Below are positions 10,741-27,562 of a stretch of DNA of 64,000 bases, piece after piece; positions within the stretch are counted from its first letter, which is position 1, and each line of letters begins with the position of its first letter. Where the stretch lies: NCBI RefSeq assembly GCF_009914755.1, contig NC_060928.1; one strand, written 5' to 3'. A model generated the notes under the pieces. The model was not told the origin of the DNA. It saw only the letters and a program-made list of their open reading frames with translations, and did not search any database. The translations under genes and the position numbers were made by a program. Source of the stretch: the human T2T-CHM13v2.0 reference genome, Homo sapiens.

Positions 10741-13067
10741 TGAGGCCATACTAAAAAGAATACCAATCATTTATTTTTTTCTTAAAATTGATACAGTTTT
10801 CACCTATCTCACTTGCTTATAACTAGAGTTACAAGAAAACTTTGAGAAACTTTCTCTGCTTTGGGATTACATTATAATTAGCACTATCTAAAAAAGGAGT
10901 GTCCTATTTGTCCACAAACAGATGTACACAGGCCCTGGAAATCTCTCTGATTGTCCTCTCTAGCTTCCTCAATACTTAGTGACAGCTACCTTTGTCACTA
11001 TCATTAGAACAAAAGCAGGGTGACGTAAATGCACCCAAAAGTAGAAGAGATAAACTGAATAGTGTGCTTGCTCTCTTCTAATATGCATTTCCAGAAGAGA
11101 CTCTAGCAAAGGGTCATTCATCTGGAATACTTGATTTTTTAAATGTATAATAAATTGAAATAATTCTAAAACCAAGACATGAAAAACATCAGTTTTAGGT
11201 TTTGTTTTTGTTTTTGTTTTGCTACTAGCCTAAGAAAAGAAAAAAAAAGACTTATCAGAGGTTGGTTAGCTGAAGGATAAAATGATACAGAAGTATGATC
11301 AAAATATAGAAAGTTATTTCTTGAAAAAGAGACTGGAACAAAGGGTACCATGATGCCAACGTTATGGTTTAAAGATGTGATTTACAAATAGATTTTAGAA
11401 TTCTACTGTTTTCTGTAACTGTAACATTTTCTATAGCAATCACGCTCCCTTTTGGTAATAAAGAAAAATATATGTATTTTAAGAGGGAGAACAAAAAATT
11501 AGACATTCATTTTGACTTGTTACTTTCTTTTCCTTACATCATATACAAGTTATAATTGTTTAGGAGACATAAATTAAGCACTGCTATATGCACATCAGTA
11601 AAGGTGATGCGAGAGGGGTGATGCTTTGTTGAACTTTGTTCAACAAAGTTGAACATAAAAGAAGCAACATAAAATAGAGTAGGGAGGTAGATTTCAAACA
11701 AACAACCAACAAAAAAATTTAGCTTTGTAAGTACCACAGGTTAAGATTTATAAAACCCCTTCAGGAAAACAAATATGAAAGTGTTTGGAAACTGCTTAAT
11801 TTTATACTTGAAAGTGCTTAATAACTAAGATACTGTGCTAATCATTTAAATTACATTAGCCACCTGAGAAATAATGTGATTTTATTAATATTAAAATAAC
11901 ACCAACAAAGAATGTAAAAGGAGCTTCCCTAAGCAGTAAACAGTGTACTATGCTTAGTACTTTTGAATACATGAACAAAATAAATTCAGGAAAAAAGAAA
12001 TGATAAAAGCTCTTAAGATTTATTTTTTAAAAAGTACCCAGTAAGTAAATTTAGAGCCAAAGTTTAGTAAAAGACAATAAGAAATAAGTGAAAATAAAGC
12101 GAACATTTAAGCTCTAAAGTATAAGATTATTCTCTAATCCTCTTAGTGTTTTTTGACTTTTCTTAAATGCCAATCTTTTAAAATTAAATAACCCTGCTGT
12201 GTGGTAGGTTTTAATTTTTTAGCATCTAGTTTGCAAGACAGAAAACCAACTTAGGAGTTAATTTTCTTAGGGAAAAGATTAAAAAGGAGAAATCCTAACT
12301 ATTTTACCCAATGTTCTTATAGACAAGTTAGTTTGTTGTCTTAAACGTTCTAAAAGCTAATTCAGAATTTAGTATTTTGGTAGCAAAATCTTTTCTCCAT
12401 GTGGTGAGGAATAGAAAAATTTAGTAATTGATTAATAGGTTGCAAGCAGATATAATCTATAAAAACTATTTAGTTTCCATTATCCTCTGTAAAATACTAG
12501 GTTTCAGGATTATGCTTTACCACAGATTAAATAGTTTATCTTTTGGGTGCCCTAGGCAGCCATCCAGTCTAGTAAATGGCTAATGGAAGTCATAACAATA
12601 AAGCTAGATAGAGGGTTTCTGTTGTTATTTTACTTTCAGCACCACTAGGTTATAGTGCAGTGGGGGTGTGAATCCCTGCCTGAGGCTTTCAAAATATTCC
12701 CACATGTTTCATAGAGTGACTGTGACTGTGCTGACACAACAATGTTCCAAATACCTCAAGAAAACTTATTTGAAAAGGTTATGGTATGATCACATATTTG
12801 AGATAAATATAAAATAATTGTTCTCTTCTTTAAATGAGATAAAAACAAAACACATACAGGATGAAACCAAGGGTGCTCTGTGCTGAGGTTATTACATTGC
12901 CTCCCATTAATGTCAGATGTGTCTCTCAGCCATTCACTTCTGCCTTGCCAGTGCCTGGCACTTGGCAGGTAATCACTAAATGTTGGCTGTTGAATTAACT
13001 GAAAAGAGAACAGTGAAGAAGTAATTGCAAAAATGAAGCACACACCCCTTTTCCCCAACTTTCCCAA

Positions 13068-14030
13068 TGTTTTTATTGTAGTAGAATACACATAACATAA
13101 AAGTTACCATATTAGCCATTTTTAAATGTACAGTTGAGTGGTATTAAATGCATTTTTAATGTTGTACAACCATCACCACCATCTATCTCCAGAATTCTTT
13201 ACATCTTGTAAAACTGAAACTTTAGACTCATTAAACAATAAGTCCCCACTCTCTCCTCCCCCAGCCCCTGGCAACCAACATTCTACTTTCTATCTCTATG
13301 ATTTTGACCGTTCTAAGTTCCTTATACAGAATCTGTCTGTGATTGGCTTATTTCACATAGCATAATGTCCTCAAGATTAATTTATGTCGTAGTATATTCC
13401 AGAATTTCCTTTCTTTTTAAGGCTGAATTATATCCCATTATATGTATATACCACATTTTGCTTATCCATTTACCCATCAATAGACATTTTAGCTACTGTG
13501 AATAATGTTGTTGCGAACGTGGGTTGAACAAATACCTTTTTAAGACCATGCTTTCAATTATTTTGAGTAAATACTCAGAAGTGGAATTGCTGGATCATAT
13601 CATATAATTCTATTTTTATTTTTTGAGAAGTTGCCAGTTTTCCACAGAGGCTATATACCATTTACATTCCCACCAACGGTACACAAGGGTTCCAATTTCT
13701 CCACATCTTCACCAACACTCTTTGTCTCCTGTGTTTTTTGGATAGTAGCCATCCTAATGTGTATGAAGTGGTATCTCATCGTAGTTTTGATTTGCATTTC
13801 CCTAATGATTAGTAAGGTCAAGCATCTTTTCGTGTGCTTATTAGCCATTGTATATCTACTTTGGAGAAATGTTTAATCCAGTCATTTTTCCATTTTTGCC
13901 TTGGGTTGTTTTTGTGTTGTTGACCTTTTAGAGTTCTCTGTATTCTAGATATGAACCCCTTATAAGATACATGATTTGCAAATATGTTCTCCCATTTTTT
14001 GGGTTGTCTTCTTACTCTGTTGATAGTGTC
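13068..14030 (-). mobile_element. L1MB (MB3/4-like) 3' portion
   Basis: Antisense peptide [28 protein letters not shown] (ORF2 C-terminus) and L1MB 3' UTR. Confidence 0.85.
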
Positions 14031-14593
14031 TACCCATTAAAAAATTTCATAATCTAATTTTAACTGTTTCAAGGTTTTAGAAACAGATGAGGACATATAT
14101 AGCATATTTTTAGCTGTATAATGTCTACTCTAGAATTACCAAAGAAATGTTTAAATTACCTTGAGTAACATAATTATGTTGCCTCAGGTTACAAAGTCTC
14201 TGGAATTGGTGATTAAAATTTTTATCTTGGTAACAGGTAGAGCATCACATAAGAGGATCAATAGTAATATTTTGAAAGAAGAAAGAAAGGGAAAAAATAA
14301 AGGAAGATCAGAAGGAAGAAAGGCAAAAAAAGGAAGAAAGGATCAAATGATACAACGTATGAATTTACCAGAGGACACAGAAAGCTGTAATGCTTTTTAA
14401 TACCCATCTTTGCCATGTAGAACAAAAGGTACTGACAATAATTGGAAAATATTTATATCTAATGGAATAAAGGAGTCTGCTTTTCAAACAAAATGAGGTA
14501 CTGATTTTCAAAGATCCCATTGGTCCCCTTGGCATACTAGTGTTACACACTAAAATTTTTCTGCTTAAAAAAAATCAATGTCAAAATGTCATT

Positions 14594-14897
14594 GGCCAGG
14601 AACGGTGGCTCATGCCTGTAATCCCAGCATTTTGGGAGGCTGAGGTGGGCAGATCACCTGAGATCGGGAGTTCGAGACCAGCCTGACAGACATGGAGAAA
14701 CCCAGTCTCTACTAAAAATACAAAATTAGGCGGGTGTGGTGGCACACGCCTGTAATCTTAGCTACTCAGGCGGCTGAGGCAGGAGAATCACTTCAGCCAG
14801 GAGGCAGACGTTGCAGTGAGCCAAGATCGTGCCATTGCACTCCAGCCCGGGCAACAAGAGCAAAACTCCATCTCAAAAAAAAAAAAAAAAAAAAAAA
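14594..14897 (+). mobile_element. AluSp/Sq
   Basis: Full dimer; gggagttcgag, catggagaaacc, gcaacaagagc diagnostics; long A tail. Confidence 0.92.
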
Positions 14898-15107
14898 TTC
14901 ATCAAAGTAGTGTTTTACTCCAAACAGCTAAAGAGTCACAAGGAATGCTATTGTTTATGGTAAGGTAACATCTAATGACCACTTTTACAAGGTTATGATA
15001 TCAATAATTATTTCCCCTTTATAGGAACTTTAAAACCCACTATGCTTATGAATATCTGTCTTTGTTTAAAACAACCTAGATTAGAAAATGTAAAAACAAA
15101 CATGACT

Positions 15108-15332
15108 ACATGGTGAAACCCCATATTTACAAACAAATACAAAAATCAGCCAGGTGTGGTGGCATGTGCCTGTAGTCCTAGCTACTTGGGTGGCTAAGCT
15201 GGGAGGACTGCTTGGGCCTGGGAGGTCGAGGCTGCCATGAGCTGTGATTGTGCCACTGTACTCCAGTCTGGACAACAGAGCAAGACCCAGTCTCCAAAAA
15301 AAAAAAAAACAAGAAGAAGAAAGAAAGAAAAA
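15108..15332 (+). mobile_element. 5'-truncated AluJ
   Basis: Starts in the left arm (acatggtgaaacccc); right arm ggaggtcgaggctgc; aacatga on both flanks. Confidence 0.85.
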
Positions 15333-15804
15333 GAACATGAAAAAAAATCACCTTTGATTGTCTTTTCAATATTGAAATTAATTTTTTAAAAGGGAGAAAG
15401 ATTCCAATATGGCAAATTTCTTATCAATGGCAACTTGAAGCCAATAAAACTAAAGGAATACTATATATATATAGTGTGTATATATATATATAAATATCCT
15501 GACACTATATCTGGCAGTATGGATCATTTTCAACAGAAGAAATTTTTATTAGAAAAGATTGAATTTTATCAAAACTTGGATTAGTCTTAACAGTACTGGT
15601 CTGTGGCCTGGGGGTTGGGGTCCCCTATCCTATCCTATAAAAATCAGGTGCTTTTACAGGCTTTATGTATTACATATATGTTATTACCTCTATCAATATA
15701 CTGTACATAAAAAGGTTTTATATGTAATACATATTGAGTGATCTATGAATTATTTGGAAATTTGTTAATGTTCTGTATCTGTGCTGCACAAATGCAGGTC
15801 ATTA

Positions 15805-15895
15805 TATAGTAGGTCTGGAGTGGAGCCTGAGATTCTGCACTTCTAACATAAGCCCAAGTGACATCAATGTAGCGGATACCACCGCACACTCAGTG
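15805..15895. mobile_element. MER5 (hAT-Charlie) fragment
   Basis: agtaggtctggagtggagcctgagattctgcacttctaaca. Confidence 0.7.
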
Positions 15896-18343
15896 GAAAG
15901 CTTCTCCAGGGCTGGTTTGCCAATGCAAGAAGAGGGGCTTTTTTGGGGATAGACCAAAAGCAGAATAATGATACTTCTTCAGAAAGAAAATGACTCAGTC
16001 AAAATAATGATAAATAACTACACAGAATGGAAGGCCAAGCCCACTGTCCTCTTGTCCATGTGTTTCCCTGACCATCTAAAAACATAGGAGGTAGAGGATG
16101 GAGTGTTAGAGGAATAGATGCAAATGAAAAACTACTCATCTTTTCCCATCTCTACAACAGCACCTACCACCTACATAAAACAGTACAAAATTGAAGTTAA
16201 TTTTCAATACAGCAATAGGAGTATTTCCTACTGTTTGAATTCCTGTCTTTTCCTATTTACCTTACATGTGTCTTTTTCTCCTTTTTCCACTTGGGACCCA
16301 TTAGTTATCATGGAAATAATGATTCTGGTGAGAATGAGGAATAAAGACATAAGTATTTTCAGCTGAGGCAAAGTGCTACAAATTGCATTCAATTCTCAGA
16401 GCTGGGTTTACACCACAGTTGGAGAGCAGCAAAATTAAATCAGAAATTAGACTGCTGAATTATTCTGGATTCAACTCTAGAAGGCAGACTGCTAGTCTCT
16501 GCAGGAGAACATACAAATCTGAGCTGCAGAGAATGATTAGGCAATGAACAGCACACTGGGAGAAAATGGATTTGTAGGAGGAAGGGATAAATAAAAGTTC
16601 TCTGTCCCTTTTCTACAAATTTTAAATATCCGTTTGTTGTGGGGTATTGGAATTATTGCATTGAAAAGACCATTAGTAAGAACTTGTAAAAATAGCATGA
16701 TTCCCAATATTTAGGGAACAGCCTCTGGTTAGGAAAAATTTTTTAAAAAGACATTCGCATTATATAAGAATTCCATTTATACACATGTGCAAGGTGAAGC
16801 CTATGGGGTTCTCCAATGAAAATCTGAACCTGATTTGTCAAGTCGTGAAGACAAATGATGATCAAACAGAGCACTTTAAAATGAACTGCCATAAACAAGA
16901 AGAGTGCAGCTTACTGCTGCTATTAACCATAATTGGGTTTTGGAAGGAAACAGAAGCCGAATGCAATATAGGTAATTAAAGAACAAGCTTTCGTTAACAC
17001 TAGCAATCAAGGGGTTGTGATTTTAGAGACGTTGAATGTATTATGGTGCCCTGAAACTCATCTATTTTTAAATGGGTAGTGTGTTTCTCTCTCCTGCAAC
17101 ACTAAAGTATAATCCTAGCTAACAGACAGGTCGTTTTCTATTCAAACTATTTACCTTCCATTTAGGGCAAAGATGAGTCTTTTCAAAATTCAGAATTACC
17201 ATGGAAACCATATTCTGAATCCCTGAGGAATGGGGAACAATTGGTTATGAAATTGTGATGGCTAAATTAAAAGTCCCTAAATAGTGCATTATTGTAACTA
17301 CTATCTCAATACTAAGCATATGGGTTTTTATTTTGTTTCCCTTTAAAATGAACTCATTGTTCTTTACAAGATGCCTATAACATTTTGATTAGGTAACTTA
17401 AAGCAAATATGGTATTTCAAAATATGATAGCTGAGAATCAAAATTAAAATCATAATGAATATAAAAGAATGATTACAATTGTCATACCAGATGTTCAACA
17501 TTTCTGGAGAAATAACTGAGACTTAGCTTTATAAAAATGTTCAGAAGTAAAACATGAAAATAATCCTAGGAGATTCAATAAGTAGGACCTTTTTCGAAAG
17601 TTTTGAATCATGCTATTTTGAAAGAAAACTTGAATATCAAAGCAGTAGCTCTTCAGATAAAAAGTTAGAGTAAACAGCACATTTCTTTCCAGGTTAGGTA
17701 CACAGGTAGAATTATAAAGCTTTGTGGTATCCATCTTTTTCCTCTTACTGTATATGTAATTCTGCTACTCGGCTAACTAAAATGAACTATTGACTCAGAA
17801 TGTTCATACCTCCCACCTGACAGAAAGGACACAACTCTACGTAAGGGTTGTGCTGTGTACCACATTCTTAATTGGGGAAGCTGGATTACTCTTAACGCTA
17901 GCTTAATCTGAGATTATATGTTGGTTTCTAGACTAGGTCCACTTAAATAAATCTCAATCTCTATCTTAAATTCACTCCAAATCCAGGATTCAGATCCTTC
18001 CTATCCCGCAAACTAAATTCTTGACAGAGTATCTTGTATATTTCCAGTCCTGTCTAGGATTAGAAGCTCTCCTGCTTTGATCTTGCCAGAGCCCTCTGGA
18101 CTAAGCCCCTGGCCCCTAAGGTTTCTTTCTTGCCAGGTTTGTCTGATTTTGCCATCTTGCCATGTGACTACTGCCACTACCATTATCCTCAGGCATCATG
18201 CCTTGCTTACCATATGGCAAACTTGCCCAAATGTACCTCCAAGTATTGTTTTTGACGGGACCTTTTGAGACCTTTTGACCTTTTGAGATCACCTTGCTTG
18301 ACCTAGGGGATCTACATTATCCCTAGGTTCCAGTTCTCCATGA

Positions 18344-18526
18344 TCAGTGCTACTCAACAGAACTTTGTGGAATGATGGAAATGTTCTATATCTGTGCCAC
18401 TCAATTTGGTAGCCACTATCAACTGGTGCCTCTCAGGTACGTAAAATATGGCTAATGTGACTAAAGGAATTAAATTTTTAATTTAAAAATTTTTGATTAA
18501 TGGGATATTATTTTGGATAGCACAGA
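18344..18526. mobile_element. MER3 (hAT-Charlie) MITE
   Basis: cagtgctactcaacagaactttgtggaatgatggaaatgttctatatctgtgc...ttggatagcacag. Confidence 0.8.
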
Positions 18527-19999
18527 TCTAGATCCTAACTTCTTGATAGCTTAGAAATGTAAATCACAATACAAATTTAAATAGGAATAGTTATGAAGTC
18601 TAGATGAAGAGTGTGTACATAGACCTGCAAAGAGAAGAAAACCATGCATATTATTATTTTACTTCTGCCTTCATTTTATTTTCATTGTATGACACTAACC
18701 AGCTTACACAAGTGCCCAAACTATTAACAACAGGATTGATAACACATTCAAGATGATATGTCAAGAAAAATGATATTTAGATGCTAGTTTTTATATAAGA
18801 TTTTTTTACATTATTGAATATAAATCAGATAAATTTCTATGAAGAGCAAAGTAGTAATACATTTTGGTTTTTCTTAATCAATTGATTAACAGAAGATGTA
18901 AGATATGTAGCTGGACAAGCATAATTTATATAAATAATACAGAAATTTTTCATTGTTCCTCAAGCTACACATAGGCCCTTGTGGCACAGCCACTAGACAG
19001 TGTTTCTCAATACAATAGGATGATATTAGGAGCCAAGGGACAAAACTAGTAACTAGGGCTCCCAGATGAGTACCGAAAAAAGGCTGATTAACTGCATTCT
19101 AAGTACACAAAGCTATGCTGTTGAAACTATCTCCCCAAAGAGCTTGCTGAGAGATATATACTGTGGATCAAGTACTAACTCAACTTTCACCCCACTATAC
19201 AATCACCACCATCACAACTGGGGGAAATGAAGGTGCCTTTGAGAGAAAGCCATTTTGAGGGGAGAAAGAAAATATTTCCTTCTTCTCACCTACTTGTAGG
19301 ACCCTCTCCCAAGTCAAATGAAAAAGATTCCAGAAAATTGGTTGTAAATAATCAGGGCTTCTTCAAGAAGGAAAAAAAAAAGTTTTTTTTTTGTTTCTAG
19401 TTGGCCATGTATTAGCCACTATGCTTACTGATCTGCCTCTGTGCTACTGGAATGGAGAAAAAAAAATAGTAGGGAATGATTCCTAATGGCATGGTAGAGA
19501 ACTGTCAGGTGGCACAGGGAGGACTGCCCTCATGTCACCAGTTTCCATGAAATCAAGGAGGATACACTGCAGAGGTGGCAGGGTGTCAACCTTATTTATA
19601 ATCAGAGAAGTGCATATTGAAACAGTTGAAATATTGTTGTGCTCACCAAATTTTCAAAAAGCACACTGATTAATAGCATTGAGTAAACTAGAACTAAAAC
19701 CCAGCTGACTCAATACATCTTTATCACCATAACAAATAATTCTGCTGTTCATCAACATTGCGACATAGCTGTGAACAATGCTGATAATATGCACACTTCT
19801 ATCATATCAGCTAGGACACATCACTACTCTTATTTGTTTCTTTGTCCAGCCTCTTCCAACTAGGCTGTAAGCCAGTTGAGTGAAGGAAGTACACTGAATA
19901 TATCATAGAACCCAAGAGACTTTCTTCATTTTGGATCATAATTGAGGTCTAACAATAATAATAATAATGTTCAATTAATGGAGCTTAGTCTTCCCTAAC

Positions 20000-20895
20000 A
20001 GAAGTGTAATAATCTGATAAGGGGAGATTCCTGTTCTGATCTCTTTTGCATGGGTCAAGCCACATCTGAAATTGTATACTCAAATCTGTGCATTACACTT
20101 TTTGTGGAATTTTTATCAGGAGAAATATTAAAAAGTCTCCTAGGATTAGCATGGACTACTTATGAGAAAACAGTTGGCAATGCTTATTTTCAAGAGGAGC
20201 AAAAATGCAGACAGCCATGATAGCTGTCTATAATTGTTAGCAAGAATGCCAGTGGGAAGACAGATGAGATTTGTCCCTGTAACTTTGGAAGGTAGAATTA
20301 AGAGAAAAGAATGTAAATCTCAACAGAGAATTTTCATTCAATTTAATAACATATTGTCTTAATATGTTCAGGCTGTGACAACAAATACCTTGGATTGGCT
20401 AATTTAAAAACAACAAAATTTACTTCCCAGAATTTATTGTTCTGGAAGCTGGGAAGTCCAAGATCAAGGTTCCAGCAGATTCAGTCTCTGGTGAAGGTCT
20501 GTTCCTCAGAAATAAAACCTTCTTGCTGCATCCACACAAGACAGAAGGGACAAAAAGCCTCCCTCCAGCTTCTTTTCTAAGGGCACTAATCCCATTCATG
20601 AAGCCGGGGCCCTCATGACCTAATTACTTTCTAAAAGCACTCCATTAATACCATAATGTTGGAGGTTAAGTTTGCATATATGAATTTCTTTTGGGGGGGC
20701 ACATATTTTCAGACCATAGCACAAATTTAATAATTAGTAATGTCTGAAAGTGAAAATATTCTGTAACAGGCAATAGTGTGCTATCACTCAACATGTGGAC
20801 AGGCAACACCTTTTCAGGAAACCACTTTTCAGGAATAATCACTAGAAGAATAGATGCCTACAAAAATCTCTTCCAAAGCTGAGATGCTGTAATCT
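20000..20895 (+). mobile_element. L3/CR1 LINE 3' region, interrupted by MLT1A
   Basis: ggtcaagccacatctgaaattgtatactcaaatctgtgcattacacttt; ccatgatagctgtct; 3' end cttccaaagctgagatgctgtaatct. Confidence 0.6.
20355..20721 (-). mobile_element. MLT1A/MSTD-type MaLR solo LTR
   Basis: TG...CA ends; ttctggaagctgggaagtccaagatcaagg; gggcactaatcccattcatga; tcagaccatagca. Confidence 0.85.
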
Positions 20896-20984
20896 TAAAT
20901 TTGGGAGAATATTTCAAATCAAATAAGTTAAGAGTGTTGGGAACCACATTATTAGAAGAGGGAGAAAAGGCATAATGAGAATCC

Positions 20985-21150
20985 TTAATTCATTTGTTTA
21001 TTCGTAATAACAACAAATATGTATTGAGTATATACTATGTCCCGGGCACTGTTCTAGGTTTTAGGGATGCATCCATGTACAAAATTGGCAAAGATCCCTG
21101 TTGTGAAATGCAGACAATAAATAACATGATAAATAAGTAAATTGCTTGTA
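20985..21150 (-). mobile_element. L2a 3' end (first piece of a fragmented L2)
   Basis: caacaaatatgtattgagtatatactatgtcccgggcactgttctagg. Confidence 0.75.
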
Positions 21151-21154
21151 TGTT

Positions 21155-21620
21155 TTTCAGCTAGGACTTCAGTTGGAAACATGACATACTTAATAAAAAG
21201 TTTAATGAAAAGACCTCTTTTAAAAGGTAAGGGCAAGATTTAGGAAAACCAACCAAGCCTCATGCAGAATTCCCAGACTAGAAATTTCAAGGTCTTGCTA
21301 TACCAGTAGGCTGGATGGAACAAGTGAAGAGCATAGCTATCAGAATCCAGAAAAGTCTGTCTGATAGGAGCTGTGGGTTTTAGTAGAGCAATGCAGCTAA
21401 CTGGTAGAGACAGACACAGCAGTGAGGTTGCTGGAGAAATAAATATTCCAACTTCATTATTCTTCTGCCTTCAGATCTAGTGTTGCTGCCTCCCATTGGC
21501 TATACTTAACTGGAACCCAAAGGACTAAGGAGCCTGTTGATGCTGTTTATACATTTCATCAATGCAGGGCACAGAGTAGGGTGAATGGCACTGAAGGGGC
21601 AAATGAAAAATATCTGTTAT
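21155..21620 (-). mobile_element. LTR33-like ERVL solo LTR
   Basis: ctcccattggctatacttaactggaacccaaaggactaaggagcctgttgatg...gggcacagagtaggg...gaaggggcaaatgaaaaatatctg. Confidence 0.65.
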
Positions 21621-21657
21621 TGCATGTTAGAAAGCAGTAAATATGGAAGATTGCTAG

Positions 21658-22656
21658 GGGGAGGCTCCAAGATGGCCGAATAGGAACAGCTCCAGTCTGC
21701 AGCTCCCAGCGTGAGTGACGCAGAAGATGGGTGTTTTCTGCATTTCAAACTGAGGTGCTGGGTTCAACTCACTGGGGCTTGTCAGACAGTGGATGCAGCC
21801 CATGGAGCTGGGCGGGGCATCGCCTCACCCAGGAAGCACAAGGGGTCAGGAAATTCCCTTTCCTAGCAAAGGGAAGCCATGACCAACAGTACCTGGAAAA
21901 TCAGGACACGCCCACCCTAATACTGTGCTTTTCCAATGGCCTTAGCAAATGGCACACCAGGAGATTATATCCCGCGCATAGCTCAGAGGGTCCCACACCC
22001 ACGGAGCCTTGCTCACTGCTAGCACAGTAGTCTGAGATCAAACTGCAAGGCAGCAGCGAGGCTGGGGGAGGGGCGTCCGCCATTGCTGAGGCTTGAATAG
22101 GTAAAAGGAAGCAGCCAGGAAGCTCAAACTGGGTGGAGCCAACCACAGCTCAAGGGGCCTGCATGCCTCTGTAGACTCCACCTCTGGGGGCAGGGCATAG
22201 CTGAACAAAAGGCAGCAGAAACTTCTGCAGATTTAAACATCCCTGTCTGACAGCTTTGAAGAGAGTAGTGGTTCTCCCAGCATGGAGTTTCAGATCTGAG
22301 AACAGACAGACTGCCTCCTCAAGTGGGTCCCTGACCCCCGAGTAGCCTAACTGGGAAACACCTCCCAGTAGGGGCCAACTGACACCTCATACAGCCAGGT
22401 GCCCCTCTGAGACAAACCTTCCAAAGGAAGGATCAGGCAGCAACATTTGCTGTTCTGCAATATTTGCTGTTCTGCAGCCTCTGCTGGTGATACCCAGGCA
22501 AACAGGGTCGGAGTTCACCTCCAGCAATCTCCAACAGACCTGCAGCTGTGGGTCCTGACTGTTAGAAGGAAAACTAACAAACAGAAAGGACATCCACACC
22601 AAAACCCATCTGTACGTCACCATCATCAAAGACCAAAGGTAGACAAAACCACAAAG
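21658..22656 (+). promoter_or_regulatory. L1 5' UTR internal promoter with YY1 motif
   Basis: AAGATGGCC at 21669-21677; sense and antisense promoter activity is family knowledge, not shown for this copy; CpGs largely decayed. Confidence 0.7.
21901..22083 (-). pseudogene. L1 ORF0 homolog, 60 codons, prematurely stopped
   Basis: MADAPPPASLLPCSLISDYCASSEQGSVGVGPSELCAGYNLLVCHLLRPLEKHSIRVGVS* matches primate L1 ORF0 (MAGAPPPASLPPCSLISDCCAS...). Confidence 0.8.
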
Positions 22657-23674
22657 ATGGGGAGAAATGAGAGCAGTAAAACTGGAAACTCTAAAAATCA
22701 GATTGGCTCTTCTCCAAAGGAACACAGCTCCTCGCCAGCAATGGAACAAAGGTGGACAGAGAATGACTTCAACGAGTTGAGAGAAGGCTTCAGACGATCG
22801 GTAATAACAAACTTCTCTGAGCTAAAGGAGGATTTTGAACCCACCGTAAAGAAGCTAAAAACCTTGAAAAAAGATTAGACAAATGGCTAACTAGAATAAA
22901 CAGTGTGGAGAAGTCCTTAAATAACCTGATGGAACTGAAAACCATGGCACAAGAACTACGTGACGAATCCACAAGCTTCAGCAGCTGATTCAATCAAGTG
23001 GAAGAAAGGGTATCAGTGATTGAAGATCAAATGAATGAAATGAAGCAAGAAGAGAAGTTTAGAGAAAAAAGAATAAAAAGAAATGAACAAAGCCTCAAGA
23101 AATATGGGACTATGTGAAAAGACCAAATCTACATCTGATTGGTATACCTGAAAGTGACGGGGAGAATGGAAGCAAGTTGGAAAACATTCTGCAGAATATT
23201 ATCCAGGAGAACTTCCCCAACCTAGTGAGGCAGGCCAACATTCAATTTCAGGAAACACAGAGAATGCCACAAAGATATTCCTCGAGAAGAGCAACTCCAA
23301 GACACATAATTGTCAGATTCACCAAAGTTGAAATGAAGGAAAAAATGTTAAGGGCAGCCAGAGAGAAAGGTCGGGTTACCCACAAAGGGAAGCCCATCAG
23401 ACTAACAGCGGATCTCTCGGCAGAAACTCTACAAGCGAGAAGAGAGTGGAGACCAATATTCAACATTGTTAAAGAAAAGAATTTTCAACCCAGAATTTCA
23501 TATCCAGCCAAACTAAGATTCATAAGTGAAGGAGAAATAAAATCCTTTACAGACAAACAAAGGCTGAGAGATTTTGTCACCACCAGGCCTGCCTTACAAG
23601 AGCTCCTGAAGGAAGCACTAAACATGGAAAGGAACAACCAGTACCAGCCACTGCAAAAACATGCCACATTGTAA
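22657..23674 (+). pseudogene. L1 ORF1p (RNA-binding chaperone), disrupted
   Basis: MGRNESSKTGNSKNQ...; KRPNLHLIGIPESDGENG...REKGRVTHKGKPIRLT...YPAKL; frameshifted in the N-terminal half. Confidence 0.95.
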
Positions 23675-23737
23675 AGACCATCAATGCTAGGAAGAAACTG
23701 CATCAACTAACGAGCAAAATAACCAGCTAACATCATA

Positions 23738-27562
<3,825 letters not shown>

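Noticed and set aside
10977-11127. H/ACA snoRNA
   Set aside because: Stems are too short and there is no properly placed H box or ACA tail
17809-17830. 7-nt minus-strand micro-exon (cag|GTGGGAG|gtatga)
   Set aside because: Not frame-preserving and expected by chance at this window size
9126-20835. Small tandem duplications (catgaaga x3 at ~9126, gaccttttga at ~18260, cttttcaggaa x2 at ~20810)
   Set aside because: Ordinary slippage products with no wider structure
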